From assembly GCA_049523135.1 (NCBI GenBank), contig JBEKNE010000001.1, positions 82,095-146,094 on the forward strand: DNA of 64,000 nucleotides, read 5' to 3'. The notes under the pieces were generated by a model, which saw nothing but the letters and a program-made list of their open reading frames with translations, did no database searches and was not told the origin of the DNA. The position numbers and the translations under genes are program-made. This document shows, one piece after another, positions 1 through 8,170 of this stretch; positions within the stretch are counted from its first letter, which is position 1, and each line of letters begins with the position of its first letter. The stretch comes from Candidatus Microgenomates bacterium (GTDB lineage: Bacteria > Patescibacteriota > Microgenomatia > UBA8517).

Positions 1-901
1 TAAACTTCGGCGCAAAACGCGAAAGAAGCCTGACTTGTTCTTCAGTCAAAGCAGATCCCTTTATGGCAACAATGTTTTTAATTCCAGCCTGCCAGGAAGA
101 AATCAAATCCAGCTCACCCTCAACAACAATTGCCACCTTTTTCTTCTTAATAAAACTTCTGGTTAGATTCAGGCCGTAAAGAACATTACTTTTGTGGTAC
201 AAGGGGGTTTCAGGAGAATTGATATATTTTCCGGTTTCGCGTTTATCCCAAGGCAAAACTCTGCCGGAAAAACCAATTGGATTTCCCCTGTGATCAAAAA
301 GCGGAAAAATTACGCGGCCGTTAAATCTGTCATAAAGATTCTGTCCTCTAGCAATTCCAATTCCCGCTTTTTCGATATCCGCAGGTGTAAATTTCTTTTT
401 CCCCACCAGAAATTTTGTCAGCGCATATGAACTTTCAGGCGAGTAACCAAGCTGAAATTCTTCAATCGCCTCTTTTTTTAAACCCCGTTGGTTCATTAGA
501 TAATCCAAAGCTTTCTTGGCAACAGGGTGATTCAATAGCAAATAATTGTAAAAACGCACCGCTTGAGTATTTAGTTCAATTAACTTTTCCTTTTCCGAAG
601 TCTCACCAAAATTAACGCTTTGAAGCTTAATTCCGGCGCGGTCCGCCAAATATTTAAGGGCTTCGGGGAATTCCATCCCTTCATATTTTTCCAAAAAAGC
701 AAAGACATCCCCCGCTTCCCCGCAACCGAAACATTTAAAAATCTGAAGTTCTGGCGAAACCATAAAAGAAGGAGTTTTTTCTCCGTGGAACGGACAAATT
801 GCTTTATAATTCCTCCCGGCCTTCTTAAGCTCAATTCTCTCACCGATTATAGAAACTATATCGGTCCTGATTTTAACTTCTTCAATTTGATTGTCCGGCA
901 T
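1..901 (-). CDS. dnaG: DNA primase DnaG, N-terminal ~300 aa (C-terminus lies beyond window start)
   Basis: Manual translation of the minus strand from ATG (rc of 899-901) gives MPDNQIEEVKIRTDIVSIIGERIELKKAGRNYKAICPFHGEKTPSFMVSPELQIFKCFGCGEAGDVF... This carries a CHC2 zinc-finger and a TOPRIM-like ...VVEGELDLIS... near the window start. The ORF runs off the window edge, so it is absent from the ORF track. Confidence 0.85.
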   Translation of the reverse strand, partial: MPDNQIEEVKIRTDIVSIIGERIELKKAGRNYKAICPFHGEKTPSFMVSPELQIFKCFGCGEAGDVFAFLEKYEGMEFPEALKYLADRAGIKLQSVNFGETSEKEKLIELNTQAVRFYNYLLLNHPVAKKALDYLMNQRGLKKEAIEEFQLGYSPESSYALTKFLVGKKKFTPADIEKAGIGIARGQNLYDRFNGRVIFPLFDHRGNPIGFSGRVLPWDKRETGKYINSPETPLYHKSNVLYGLNLTRSFIKKKKVAIVVEGELDLISSWQAGIKNIVAIKGSALTEEQVRLLSRFAPKF

Positions 902-1059
902 TCTACTTCGATTATATCATCAAGACCCGAATAAAAGATGAAGCTAAATCTCCACTTACAAAAAAATATCTGTTTTTCCCGACTGATCCACAATAAATTT
1001 CTGAAGCCTGTCCCAAATTTGTCCGTACCATATATTAAAAAACATTATCCTCATGTGAG

Positions 1060-1143
1060 CGGAGGAGGCGGGACTCGAACCCGCGAGACTCTTACGAGTC
1101 CGGGTTTTCCAAACCCGTGCCATAGCCGCTAGGCGACTCCTCC
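1060..1143 (-). tRNA. tRNA-Ser (anticodon GGA), type II with long variable arm
   Basis: The rc reads GGAGGAG...CGGGT-TTGGAAA-ACCCG...GCGGGTTCGAGTCCCGC-CTCCTCC-G. It has a 7-bp acceptor stem, a T-arm GTTCGAGTC and anticodon loop UUGGAAA. No CCA is encoded. Confidence 0.8.
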
Positions 1144-1170
1144 AGAATCTGCATTATATCAGAAGATTTG

Positions 1171-1242
1171 TGCCTCCTGTGAGAATTGAACTCACATCAA
1201 TGGTTCCGGAAACCATTACTTTATCCGTTAAGCTAAGGAGGC
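1171..1242 (-). tRNA. tRNA-Arg (anticodon CCG)
   Basis: The rc reads GCCTCCTTAGCTTAACGGATAAAGTA-ATGGT-TTCCGGA-ACCAT-TGAT-GTGAGTTCAATTCTCAC-AGGAGGC-A. This forms a cloverleaf with U33 and A37. Confidence 0.8.
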
Positions 1243-1746
1243 CAAAAGCTTTTGGGCGTCTCTGGTTACCTGTTTCTCACCTGAAAAACTTAATTTCTTA
1301 ACAGCATCGTAAATTGGAAGCCATGCAACTTCTGATGTTTCATCATCATATCCTTCAGGCAGGTCTTTTTGCCACTCCATTAAATAAAAAGTTGCAAATT
1401 TTAGAATTTTACCTCTGACCGGATGTGTAAACGAATATTTAATCGTTCCAATTTTTTTAATAATTTTTGCCTCAATTCCGCCTTCTTCGGAAACTTCTCT
1501 AATTGCCGCTTTTTGGAGAGAATCTTCATCAGCTCTAACTTTTCCTGAAGCCATTGGACCGGGTTCATCATCTTCCGTATCATCAATTCTGCCCTTAGGA
1601 AGCATCCAATATGGTTTTGGGTAAAGATCGCTGGATGTTGTTTTCCTGATAAGCCAAAGAGCTTCCCCTTTTTCTTTTTTGAAAACAACTCCCCCCGAAG
1701 AAAACTCGCGGGTTAATATAACTTTATTTTGTGTGTCTTTTCCCAC
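1228..1746 (-). CDS. NUDIX hydrolase
   Basis: Nudix box GKVRADEDSLQKAAIREVSEEGGIEA (GX5EX7REUXEEXGU). Last codons overlap the 5' end of tRNA-Arg. Confidence 0.75.
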   Translation of the reverse strand: MGKDTQNKVILTREFSSGGVVFKKEKGEALWLIRKTTSSDLYPKPYWMLPKGRIDDTEDDEPGPMASGKVRADEDSLQKAAIREVSEEGGIEAKIIKKIGTIKYSFTHPVRGKILKFATFYLMEWQKDLPEGYDDETSEVAWLPIYDAVKKLSFSGEKQVTRDAQKLLASLA

Positions 1747-2165
1747 TCTTTTAAAACCTCCCGGGCTGATTTAAACATATCCTTTTCCCTTTTAAGAATA
1801 ACTTTTTTTACTGCATCTCCGTATTCCACCCACTTAAAGTCATAAAAACCGATAAGTTCGCTTGACCCTCCTTTTTGAAGCATTAAGTAATAATAATATT
1901 TTTGGGAAACAGATTTCCCACTTATAATAGCCGTTCCCGCACTTCTGCCTGCCTCTTCCAAAACTCTGGTGCTCATTCCCCCCTGCTCGCTTGTAAGTCG
2001 TATAACTGACCGGACTGAGGATTCACCGCGTCTTACTGTAACTTTTGGAATTTCCCAGTCACCGTCTTCCTTTGTTTTTACCAGCAAAAACTGGCGCCTG
2101 CCACGGTTATCTCTAAAAACTATGGCTCCGCCGATTGAAACTTGTTGGTTATTTTTATTGATCAT
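1713..2165 (-). CDS. NUDIX-like hydrolase (second, divergent copy)
   Basis: Nudix-box-like GESSVRSVIRLTSEQGGMSTRVLEEAGRS. Adjacent to and overlapping the preceding NUDIX gene. Confidence 0.45.
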   Translation of the reverse strand: MINKNNQQVSIGGAIVFRDNRGRRQFLLVKTKEDGDWEIPKVTVRRGESSVRSVIRLTSEQGGMSTRVLEEAGRSAGTAIISGKSVSQKYYYYLMLQKGGSSELIGFYDFKWVEYGDAVKKVILKREKDMFKSAREVLKEWEKTHKIKLY

Positions 2166-2181
2166 AATTTATTATGACGTG

Positions 2182-2263
2182 CGGAGGATGCAGGAGTCGA
2201 ACCTGCTATCCCTTACGAGAATTGGTTTTCGAAACCAACGCGTTGCCGTCCCGCCCATCCTCC
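2182..2263 (-). tRNA. tRNA-Ser (anticodon CGA), type II
   Basis: The rc reads GGAGGAT...TTGGT-TTCGAAA-ACCAA...long variable arm...GCAGGTTCGACTCCTGC-ATCCTCC-G. Confidence 0.75.
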
Positions 2264-2274
2264 ATACTAACCTG

Positions 2275-2346
2275 TGCACCCGGACAGAATCGAACTGTCA
2301 TCAAGAGCTCCGCAAGCTCCTACTCTATCCGTTGAGCTACGGGTGC
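2275..2346 (-). tRNA. tRNA-Arg (anticodon GCG; paralogous to the CCG copy)
   Basis: The rc reads GCACCCG-TA-GCTCAACGGATAGAGT-A-GGAGC-TTGCGGA-GCTCT-TGAT-GACAGTTCGATTCTGTC-CGGGTGC-A. It has the same architecture as tRNA-Arg(CCG) at 1171-1242. Confidence 0.65.
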
Positions 2347-2365
2347 GAGCTTACTTTTCTCTTTA

Positions 2366-2962
2366 TTATTTATTTTCGGGCAATTTTTTAGCAAACCAGT
2401 CCGTAGCCTTATCAAAAGCAGAGGCAGGAGCTTCCTCGAAAGGTAAGTAGGCGGATATTTCCTTCTTAAGTTTCTCCTTTATTTCAGGATTTATTACCAG
2501 TTCAAGCCTTCCGGGTATTAAAAACGTATCTACAATCATAAGTTCGCTGCCAAAACGGTCAACGAACCAATATCTATTTGTTTTTTGCCACTCGGTAAGC
2601 TTGCCCGCAATTTTAATTCCCTTTGTTGTTATTTTATATTCAATATCCTCCGGTTGTACTGTAGAGAGAACATAATATAAAAAAACCAGGGAAACAATTA
2701 AGATAACCGGCATTATTCCCTCAGCCAAAAAAAGAATAAGGCTGACGATTCCCGCCATTGCAAAAACCGAAACATAGAATTGTCTGCCACGCCTCTTAAA
2801 TGGCCTAGCCGGTGATGTCCAGACAACCAAGTCGCGCTCTGGTTCGCGCCTGACAACTACAGGGCTCGGTTCCTGAGATGCCTCAGGACTTCGATTTAAA
2901 GTGCTTTCACTACTTTCTTTTTTGTTCTCGGCAGGATCCATAACAAGCGTATTATAACTCAA
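2366..2962 (-). CDS. hypothetical membrane protein (acidic N-terminus, two TM helices)
   Basis: ORF of 198 aa with hydrophobic segments FAMAGIVSLILFLAEGIMPVILIVSLVFLYYVL. I recognise no catalytic motif. Confidence 0.45.
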   Translation of the reverse strand: MSYNTLVMDPAENKKESSESTLNRSPEASQEPSPVVVRREPERDLVVWTSPARPFKRRGRQFYVSVFAMAGIVSLILFLAEGIMPVILIVSLVFLYYVLSTVQPEDIEYKITTKGIKIAGKLTEWQKTNRYWFVDRFGSELMIVDTFLIPGRLELVINPEIKEKLKKEISAYLPFEEAPASAFDKATDWFAKKLPENK

Positions 2963-2988
2963 AACCTGATATAATTGCAGTACTAAAC

Positions 2989-3075
2989 GGAGGATATGCC
3001 GAGCGGCTAAGGCGATGGTTCGCTAAACCATGTCGCGCAAGCGACCGGTGGGTTCGACTCCCTCATCCTCCGCCA
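2989..3075 (+). tRNA. tRNA-Ser (anticodon GCT), type II, CCA encoded
   Basis: GGAGGAT...ATGGT-TCGCTAA-ACCAT-GTCGCGCAAGCGAC...GGGTTCGACTCCC-ATCCTCC-G-CCA. Position 33 is C rather than U. Confidence 0.75.
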
Positions 3076-3096
3076 ATACGAAATCCATTTCGACAA

Positions 3097-3178
3097 GGTG
3101 GGCGGGCAGGACGGTAATGCGCGGGTCTTGAAAACCCGTGGGAGCAATCCCTAACAGGTTCGACCCCTGTGCCCACCG
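3097..3178 (+). tRNA. tRNA-Ser (anticodon TGA), type II
   Basis: GGTGGGC...CGGGT-CTTGAAA-ACCCG-TGGGAGCAATCCCTA-ACAGGTTCGACCCCTGT-GCCCACC-G. Confidence 0.75.
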
Positions 3179-3214
3179 CATACACACTTTGTATCAAAAG
3201 ATTAATATAAATAT

Positions 3215-3880
3215 ATGGTATCTAAGCCCAAAGGATCAAAATGGCTAGTTGTTTTTTCTGCCTTCGTGTCGATATTTTTAGTTCTTTTGCTATATATTGT
3301 CGTGAAACTCCAAAACAATATCAACCAAATAGATGACGTGTACAAAATCCCGACCGACCAATCGATAAATAATACTCTTCCCAAAGGTTCCAAATTTACA
3401 CACCTAGATGCTTTTGGAATCACACAGACAGATATTCCCAACCTATTTGGCGATAACTACTTGCTGGATCCAAATCACGAGGATAGATTTTATTGGACCG
3501 ATTCAAACAACAAGCAAATAGATCTGACAGATAAATCCAGTCACATATATATAGGCATTCCACTCAAACCCCAAGACATTGGCACCAACAATCCTGAAAA
3601 CGTAAGCTACGTTAGGCAAATATTTCAAAGGTTGATATCGACTTTTGAAGATAATGGATTCAAATTGGATACTTCATTTTCCAAAATGCAGATCTATGGA
3701 TTTGATAATTTGGATTTTGTAAACATTACTGCTTTAGAAAATTCAATCGGTACGAAATGTGAGGTTAGGGAACCTGAACAATACAGTTCCAGCGAACTTT
3801 CCAACATAACCACTATATATTCGAATGTCGGTTATAGATCTTTGGTCTACATTTATATAGCTTGTGTTGATAAAATTTAA
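3215..3880 (+). CDS. hypothetical membrane-anchored / secreted protein
   Basis: N-terminal TM/signal-anchor KWLVVFSAFVSIFLVLLLYIVV. No recognisable domain. A strong intrinsic terminator follows. Confidence 0.5.
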   Translation: MVSKPKGSKWLVVFSAFVSIFLVLLLYIVVKLQNNINQIDDVYKIPTDQSINNTLPKGSKFTHLDAFGITQTDIPNLFGDNYLLDPNHEDRFYWTDSNNKQIDLTDKSSHIYIGIPLKPQDIGTNNPENVSYVRQIFQRLISTFEDNGFKLDTSFSKMQIYGFDNLDFVNITALENSIGTKCEVREPEQYSSSELSNITTIYSNVGYRSLVYIYIACVDKI

Positions 3881-3920
3881 TTTATCTCGCGATCGTTAAT
3901 CCTTAAACTCTTTCCACTAA

Positions 3921-3948
3921 AAAACCCGCATTAATAGCGGGTTTTTCG
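3921..3948 (+). terminator. rho-independent terminator
   Basis: aaaACCCGCattaataGCGGGTttttcg. A GC stem is followed by a T-run, 40 nt after the stop of the 3215-3880 gene. Confidence 0.6.
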
Positions 3949-3951
3949 TTT

Positions 3952-4050
3952 GTGGAGAGTCGTGAGCGATGTTAGAACTTTTTACGCTCAACTCTAAGAA
4001 TCTGTGTTTACACAGGATCCTCAGCGTCTAGAGGCTTCATTTCTAAAAAC
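3952..4050 (+). repeat. intergenic repeat element, copy A (core gtggaRag...cgatgttagaac...ctcaactcYaag)
   Basis: About 75% identity over ~50 nt (weaker over ~100 nt) with 6664-6754 in the same orientation, judged by eye. Confidence 0.45.
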
Positions 4051-4094
4051 ATGCATTTTCTTCTTACTACTGGTAAACTTCCAATTAGAAACTA

Positions 4095-4913
4095 ATGTTT
4101 GACAAGTATCTAGCAACACCGACTGATTTCAAGGCTGTCACCGAAGCGCTAGGGTTCGTTATGAACCCCAAAATGGAATTTGTTTTCGAAGACAAATCAA
4201 AAATAGCAAATACGGTAATAGTTTCTTACGACAGTAAGTTTATTTATATATGGAAACTCAAACCTATAAAACTTAAATATCAAATTCCGCACAATCTTAA
4301 AATTCCCGATGAATGGCAAAGCGGCTGGTGGGCGACACTTATTTTGGATGATATTGCAAAACTAATACCAGATCTAAAGGATAAACCTGTGATAAATGGT
4401 GGTTTACTAACTCCATTTATTGAACTGCAAAAACGGAAAGATATAAAAGAAAATCCGTATGTTACAAAAGAATCATACTTTGCAACAATAATTCATGAAC
4501 TGGGCCACATTTACTGGAATAGTTTCAAACTTTGGTGGCCGTCAAACAAAAAAGAGAATATTCTGACCCTCAAAGAAGCCGAAAAACTATTCAAAACCCC
4601 AAAAATGATAACTGAAAAGGTTATCCAATTTCCCAGCCCTTTGTATTTGGGGGAAGTCTTCGCGTCTTGCGCGGAATACTATGCGAGTTCAATTTTCTGG
4701 CCAAGTCATAAAGAAAACTTTGATAACTTTGCGAAAATCAAAATCAAAACAATATTGGAGTTTGAAAAAGTCAAAAATCTCAATACCGACGACTCTGTTA
4801 TAGAGCCGACAAAATACCAACACACATACGCATTAGTTGCAACAAAGCTTTTAATTTCCAAATACCCCAATACTTGGCCAGGTATCTTAACTAAACATCA
4901 AGCACTTGCTTAA
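4095..4913 (+). CDS. hypothetical HExxH-motif protein (putative zinc metallopeptidase)
   Basis: HExxH motif in ...ATIIHELGHIYWN... No signal peptide. Convergent with the rSAM/peptide module. Confidence 0.45.
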   Translation: MFDKYLATPTDFKAVTEALGFVMNPKMEFVFEDKSKIANTVIVSYDSKFIYIWKLKPIKLKYQIPHNLKIPDEWQSGWWATLILDDIAKLIPDLKDKPVINGGLLTPFIELQKRKDIKENPYVTKESYFATIIHELGHIYWNSFKLWWPSNKKENILTLKEAEKLFKTPKMITEKVIQFPSPLYLGEVFASCAEYYASSIFWPSHKENFDNFAKIKIKTILEFEKVKNLNTDDSVIEPTKYQHTYALVATKLLISKYPNTWPGILTKHQALA

Positions 4914-4922
4914 CCAGAAGGG

Positions 4923-5120
4923 TCATCTCCCTGTGGGATAACAGCCGAGCATATCTGGACCACAAGGCCTAAGCGCTGGTGCACAGTTAAATGGATTGCA
5001 ATCTGTATTGGGGTTGCAAGCCGCATTTGGTGGACAATCTGCTGGTGAGCAACTGTTCGTAGATAGTACCACTGGCGTAACTAAGATTATTTCTGGTTCT
5101 TCTGTTCTTTCAGTTTTCAT
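4923..5120 (-). CDS. Cys-rich RiPP precursor-like peptide (65 aa from ATG, 7 Cys in the C-terminal half)
   Basis: MKTERTEEPEIILVTPVVLSTNSCSPADCPPNAACNPNTDCNPFNCAPALRPCGPDMLGCYPTGR. There is an SD-like GAAGGTGA 7 nt upstream. The start overlaps the stop of the upstream rSAM gene. The ORF-track version starts at GTG 5129. Confidence 0.55.
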   Translation of the reverse strand: MKTERTEEPEIILVTPVVLSTNSCSPADCPPNAACNPNTDCNPFNCAPALRPCGPDMLGCYPTGR

Positions 5121-6531
5121 TATTCTCACCTTCTTTCTGAATAAACTCTTCTATTGTTGGTCTTAATGTTTCATCATAAAAATGTTCACCGATTTCATTT
5201 ACTCTCCAGACTCCTTTTGCCCATTCACCTGTATATGGATTGTATGTACATCTTGGGTATGGAGACGTAAGATATTCTCCATTTCCTTGGTTTAGACCCT
5301 CGGAAAGTGGGCGACAATCAAAGCAGGCATATCTATATTCACAATTCTGACAAACCAACACATTATCCTTTGTACTTCTCCAAATTGTATCAAGTTTATT
5401 TCCGGAAACTATTTCTTCAAGTGTTGTTTCTTTGATATTGCCAACTGCTAGATTTCTTGAAAAAATGCATGGCAATACATCTCCATTATTTGTAATGGTA
5501 ATTTTTCCCATTAAACAGGGGTGTCCGGAAATATTTCTTGATAAATTGTCTTTAGTAATTGAAAAGCTTGGTGATAACATAAGACTATATTTCACAACTG
5601 ATTCCTTAGTCGGCATTATTGAAGGATTGTCCCCTCTCCCTTTAGGTCTCAAAACATCTGGATGTTTATGAGAAAAACCCATTGTTTCCACGAACTTCTG
5701 AGTCTGGTTAATTGTCTCTTCATTCGGACGCATCAGTACAGTCTCAACTCTAACGGGGACACCAGCATCTTGCAAAAGCTTTAACGCCTCCATTGTCTTC
5801 CTAAAGCTACCTGGAGTTTTTGTTATTGAATCATGTATGCCTTCATCATTCGAATATAGCGATACGGCAACATTTAAACCGAGTGCTTTAATCTTTTGAA
5901 CCTTTTCTGGCGTAAGTAATGTGGCATTTGTGAATATCTCAATAAATTCAAAACCGACGGCCTTTGCGTATTCGGCAAGATCGAATACAGTTTCTTTATT
6001 TTCGGCTCTATAAAGCAGCGGTTCGCCTCCGATAAATTGGCATCTCCGACATCCCAAAGAATATGATTCATCAATCAGATGCTTCCATCTCTCAAAAGAA
6101 ATCTTTTTATTACTTTCCTGCCCAAGATCATTAACTTTACCGTTTTCAGTTGGGAAACCCATTGCTTTTCTGTAAGTCGGCGGCATACATTCTGCATAAC
6201 AATGGATACAACTTTCATTGCAATCGTCAGAAATGATTTCAAACCAAACAAATTGCAGAGAAGGATTTTGCAGGAGCTCTGGAAGCGTTCTTTTTCCATC
6301 GTTTTTTTCTTTGGCCACTAAGTTCATCGATTCGAGTTTTTTCCAAAACTCAGGGTTTTCGGTTGTTCCTGTCAAAATATCGCAGGCAGATTGGTTAATT
6401 GAATAAACATTAGAAGAATTCAAATCATAAATTGCTCCTCTTAGTACTCCGGGGACGAAGAAGACACTATTCTTAAACATGTATTCACCTGAAGATAAAT
6501 GCTCTTTAATATCCAGGCTACGTTCTTTCAT
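5110..6531 (-). CDS. radical SAM / SPASM-domain peptide-modifying enzyme
   Basis: CxxxCxxC in ...DDCNESCIHCYAEC... A C-terminal Cys-rich SPASM-like region reads ...CLMGKITITNNGDVLPC...CQNCEYRYACFDCRP... Confidence 0.8.
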   Translation of the reverse strand: MKERSLDIKEHLSSGEYMFKNSVFFVPGVLRGAIYDLNSSNVYSINQSACDILTGTTENPEFWKKLESMNLVAKEKNDGKRTLPELLQNPSLQFVWFEIISDDCNESCIHCYAECMPPTYRKAMGFPTENGKVNDLGQESNKKISFERWKHLIDESYSLGCRRCQFIGGEPLLYRAENKETVFDLAEYAKAVGFEFIEIFTNATLLTPEKVQKIKALGLNVAVSLYSNDEGIHDSITKTPGSFRKTMEALKLLQDAGVPVRVETVLMRPNEETINQTQKFVETMGFSHKHPDVLRPKGRGDNPSIMPTKESVVKYSLMLSPSFSITKDNLSRNISGHPCLMGKITITNNGDVLPCIFSRNLAVGNIKETTLEEIVSGNKLDTIWRSTKDNVLVCQNCEYRYACFDCRPLSEGLNQGNGEYLTSPYPRCTYNPYTGEWAKGVWRVNEIGEHFYDETLRPTIEEFIQKEGENNEN

Positions 6532-6663
6532 CGTCGCGCTGAATATAGGCTAGAAATGTTTAGTTGTCAAGTAATCCATTGATGTTATCAGAACCACTCG
6601 TGAACAACGTCAGAACTTTAACCTCGAACTTTTGATACTTCGTGCCTAAACCAATCTAAAAAA

Positions 6664-6754
6664 GTGGAAAGCTATAAACGATGTTAGAACCTACTACACT
6701 CAACTCCAAGGGCATTGTTATATCCTGTGCTTCAGTAATTAGCCCTAAAAATTC
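6664..6754 (+). repeat. intergenic repeat element, copy B
   Basis: Matches copy A (3952-4050): gtggaaagctataaacgatgttagaacctactacactcaactccaag. Confidence 0.45.
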
Positions 6755-6931
6755 TTTCGGTGTGCAATGCCTGCACGGCCATGTGTGGGTCAAGTGCCAT
6801 TAAAAATACCCGAGACTCTCGATGGAACCAAATGTGGAGTAAAACAATACGCTGATTCAGGTGTAGATACTTGGAACCACACCACAAATTATTACCCAGA
6901 AGGTTAATATCTAACGAAGCATATAAACAGG

Positions 6932-7519
6932 CTAACTACAACACGTTTCGCAGCAACAGCCATAACCCGAACCGGACGATGATGATGCTTCATGGCTATG
7001 CCTCTGTGGTTCGAGATATGCATCATCAATTGCTTTTTCTATCTTTCTATTATCGTGTAGTGAAAAGGTTCCAAAAACACGTGCTCCTATAACTGTAAGG
7101 GTTTCTTTATCGGGGTTTACGCCTACTTCTATTACAGAGAAAGAATAGTCGCCCGAGCCAGAAAAACCACCATCAGATTTTGAATGATAACCCGTACCCC
7201 ATGCAAGACTTATTTTCCCATTTTCCGGTGAATAATTCAGATCATGATTGCCTACATTTCCCTCAAGTAGGTCCTTGTCTATCTGACGAAGTTCATCAAT
7301 TGCCTTACTTTCCGTCAAGACTTTTTCGGTTTGATTTATAACAAATTGTATTCTTTTTTCCGCAGCTTCTTTTGCAAGCCTCAACTGTTCCTCCCTCTCT
7401 CTTCTAGCATTCTCCTCGGTGACTCTCCTATTTTCCTCTGCTTGAAGCCTCTCTTGATCTTGTTGTCTAAGCCTTTCTTTAATTTCTTCCGTAGACATAT
7501 TTACATTATATAATACCAA
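6932..7519 (-). CDS. charged coiled-coil protein with Ser/Gly/Cys-rich C-terminal tail (possible YcaO/SagB substrate)
   Basis: Ends ...QRHSHEASSSSGSGYGCCCETCCS. The N-terminal ~80 aa is E/R/K/Q-rich and predicted helical. The ORF-track start is TTG; an in-frame ATG at 7498 gives MSTEEIKERL. Confidence 0.5.
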   Translation of the reverse strand: MVLYNVNMSTEEIKERLRQQDQERLQAEENRRVTEENARREREEQLRLAKEAAEKRIQFVINQTEKVLTESKAIDELRQIDKDLLEGNVGNHDLNYSPENGKISLAWGTGYHSKSDGGFSGSGDYSFSVIEVGVNPDKETLTVIGARVFGTFSLHDNRKIEKAIDDAYLEPQRHSHEASSSSGSGYGCCCETCCS

Positions 7520-7531
7520 AGGCGGCTCAGG

Positions 7532-8170
7532 TCAAGAACCCAGAGCAACATAATAAATTGGATATTCTTCTCTGGCGTTTATATCCAAAAGTTGAATTAT
7601 TTGTTTCTCGTGTAGTCCGCCAATTGCGCAACAACCCAATCCGACGGAGCCTGCAGTAAGATAAACATTTTGCACAAGATGGCCAGCTTCAATATACGGG
7701 AAAACCATCCCTTTATTCTTATATTTATCCGTAGTTCTGTGGAAAGTGGCAGTAATTATTAGCAGTACTGCTGCCTTTTTAAACCAAGGTTGGGTTTTTA
7801 TCCAAATCAAATCAGTTTCTTTCTTTTTAACTTCTTGATTTAATATATCGAGATTATTGTTTACCGGATTGTAATGATACAATCCCGGCACTATCTCTTT
7901 GCTAAAAAGGATTAAGGGATATATCTCGAGAGGGTATTTAGCACCCGCAGACGGATAAGCCCGAAAGGATTTATCCTCATCAATTTTATTTTGCCTAGTT
8001 ATACCTGCACTGTAATACAAAATCTCTGAAAGTACATTTTTTGTTATTGGCTTACCTGTAAACTCTCTAAAAGATGAACGCTTTTTTATCAAGTCATGAA
8101 GCCCGTTTTTTCTTGATTTAATACTTAAACTAATCTTTGGTAATCTCGGATATTGTTTATGCATTGTCAA
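7532..8170 (-). CDS. SagB-type (McbC-like) FMN-dependent dehydrogenase, nitroreductase superfamily
   Basis: Hallmark ...FRAYPSAGAKYPLEIYP... The start overlaps the YcaO stop by 4 nt (ATGA coupling). Confidence 0.75.
   Translation of the reverse strand: MTMHKQYPRLPKISLSIKSRKNGLHDLIKKRSSFREFTGKPITKNVLSEILYYSAGITRQNKIDEDKSFRAYPSAGAKYPLEIYPLILFSKEIVPGLYHYNPVNNNLDILNQEVKKKETDLIWIKTQPWFKKAAVLLIITATFHRTTDKYKNKGMVFPYIEAGHLVQNVYLTAGSVGLGCCAIGGLHEKQIIQLLDINAREEYPIYYVALGS

Noticed and set aside
6871-7092. 73-aa plus-strand ORF
   Set aside because: It overlaps the 3' end of the CCC-tail gene on the other strand. Its composition is unconvincing, unlike the separate 46-aa ORF at 6767-6907.
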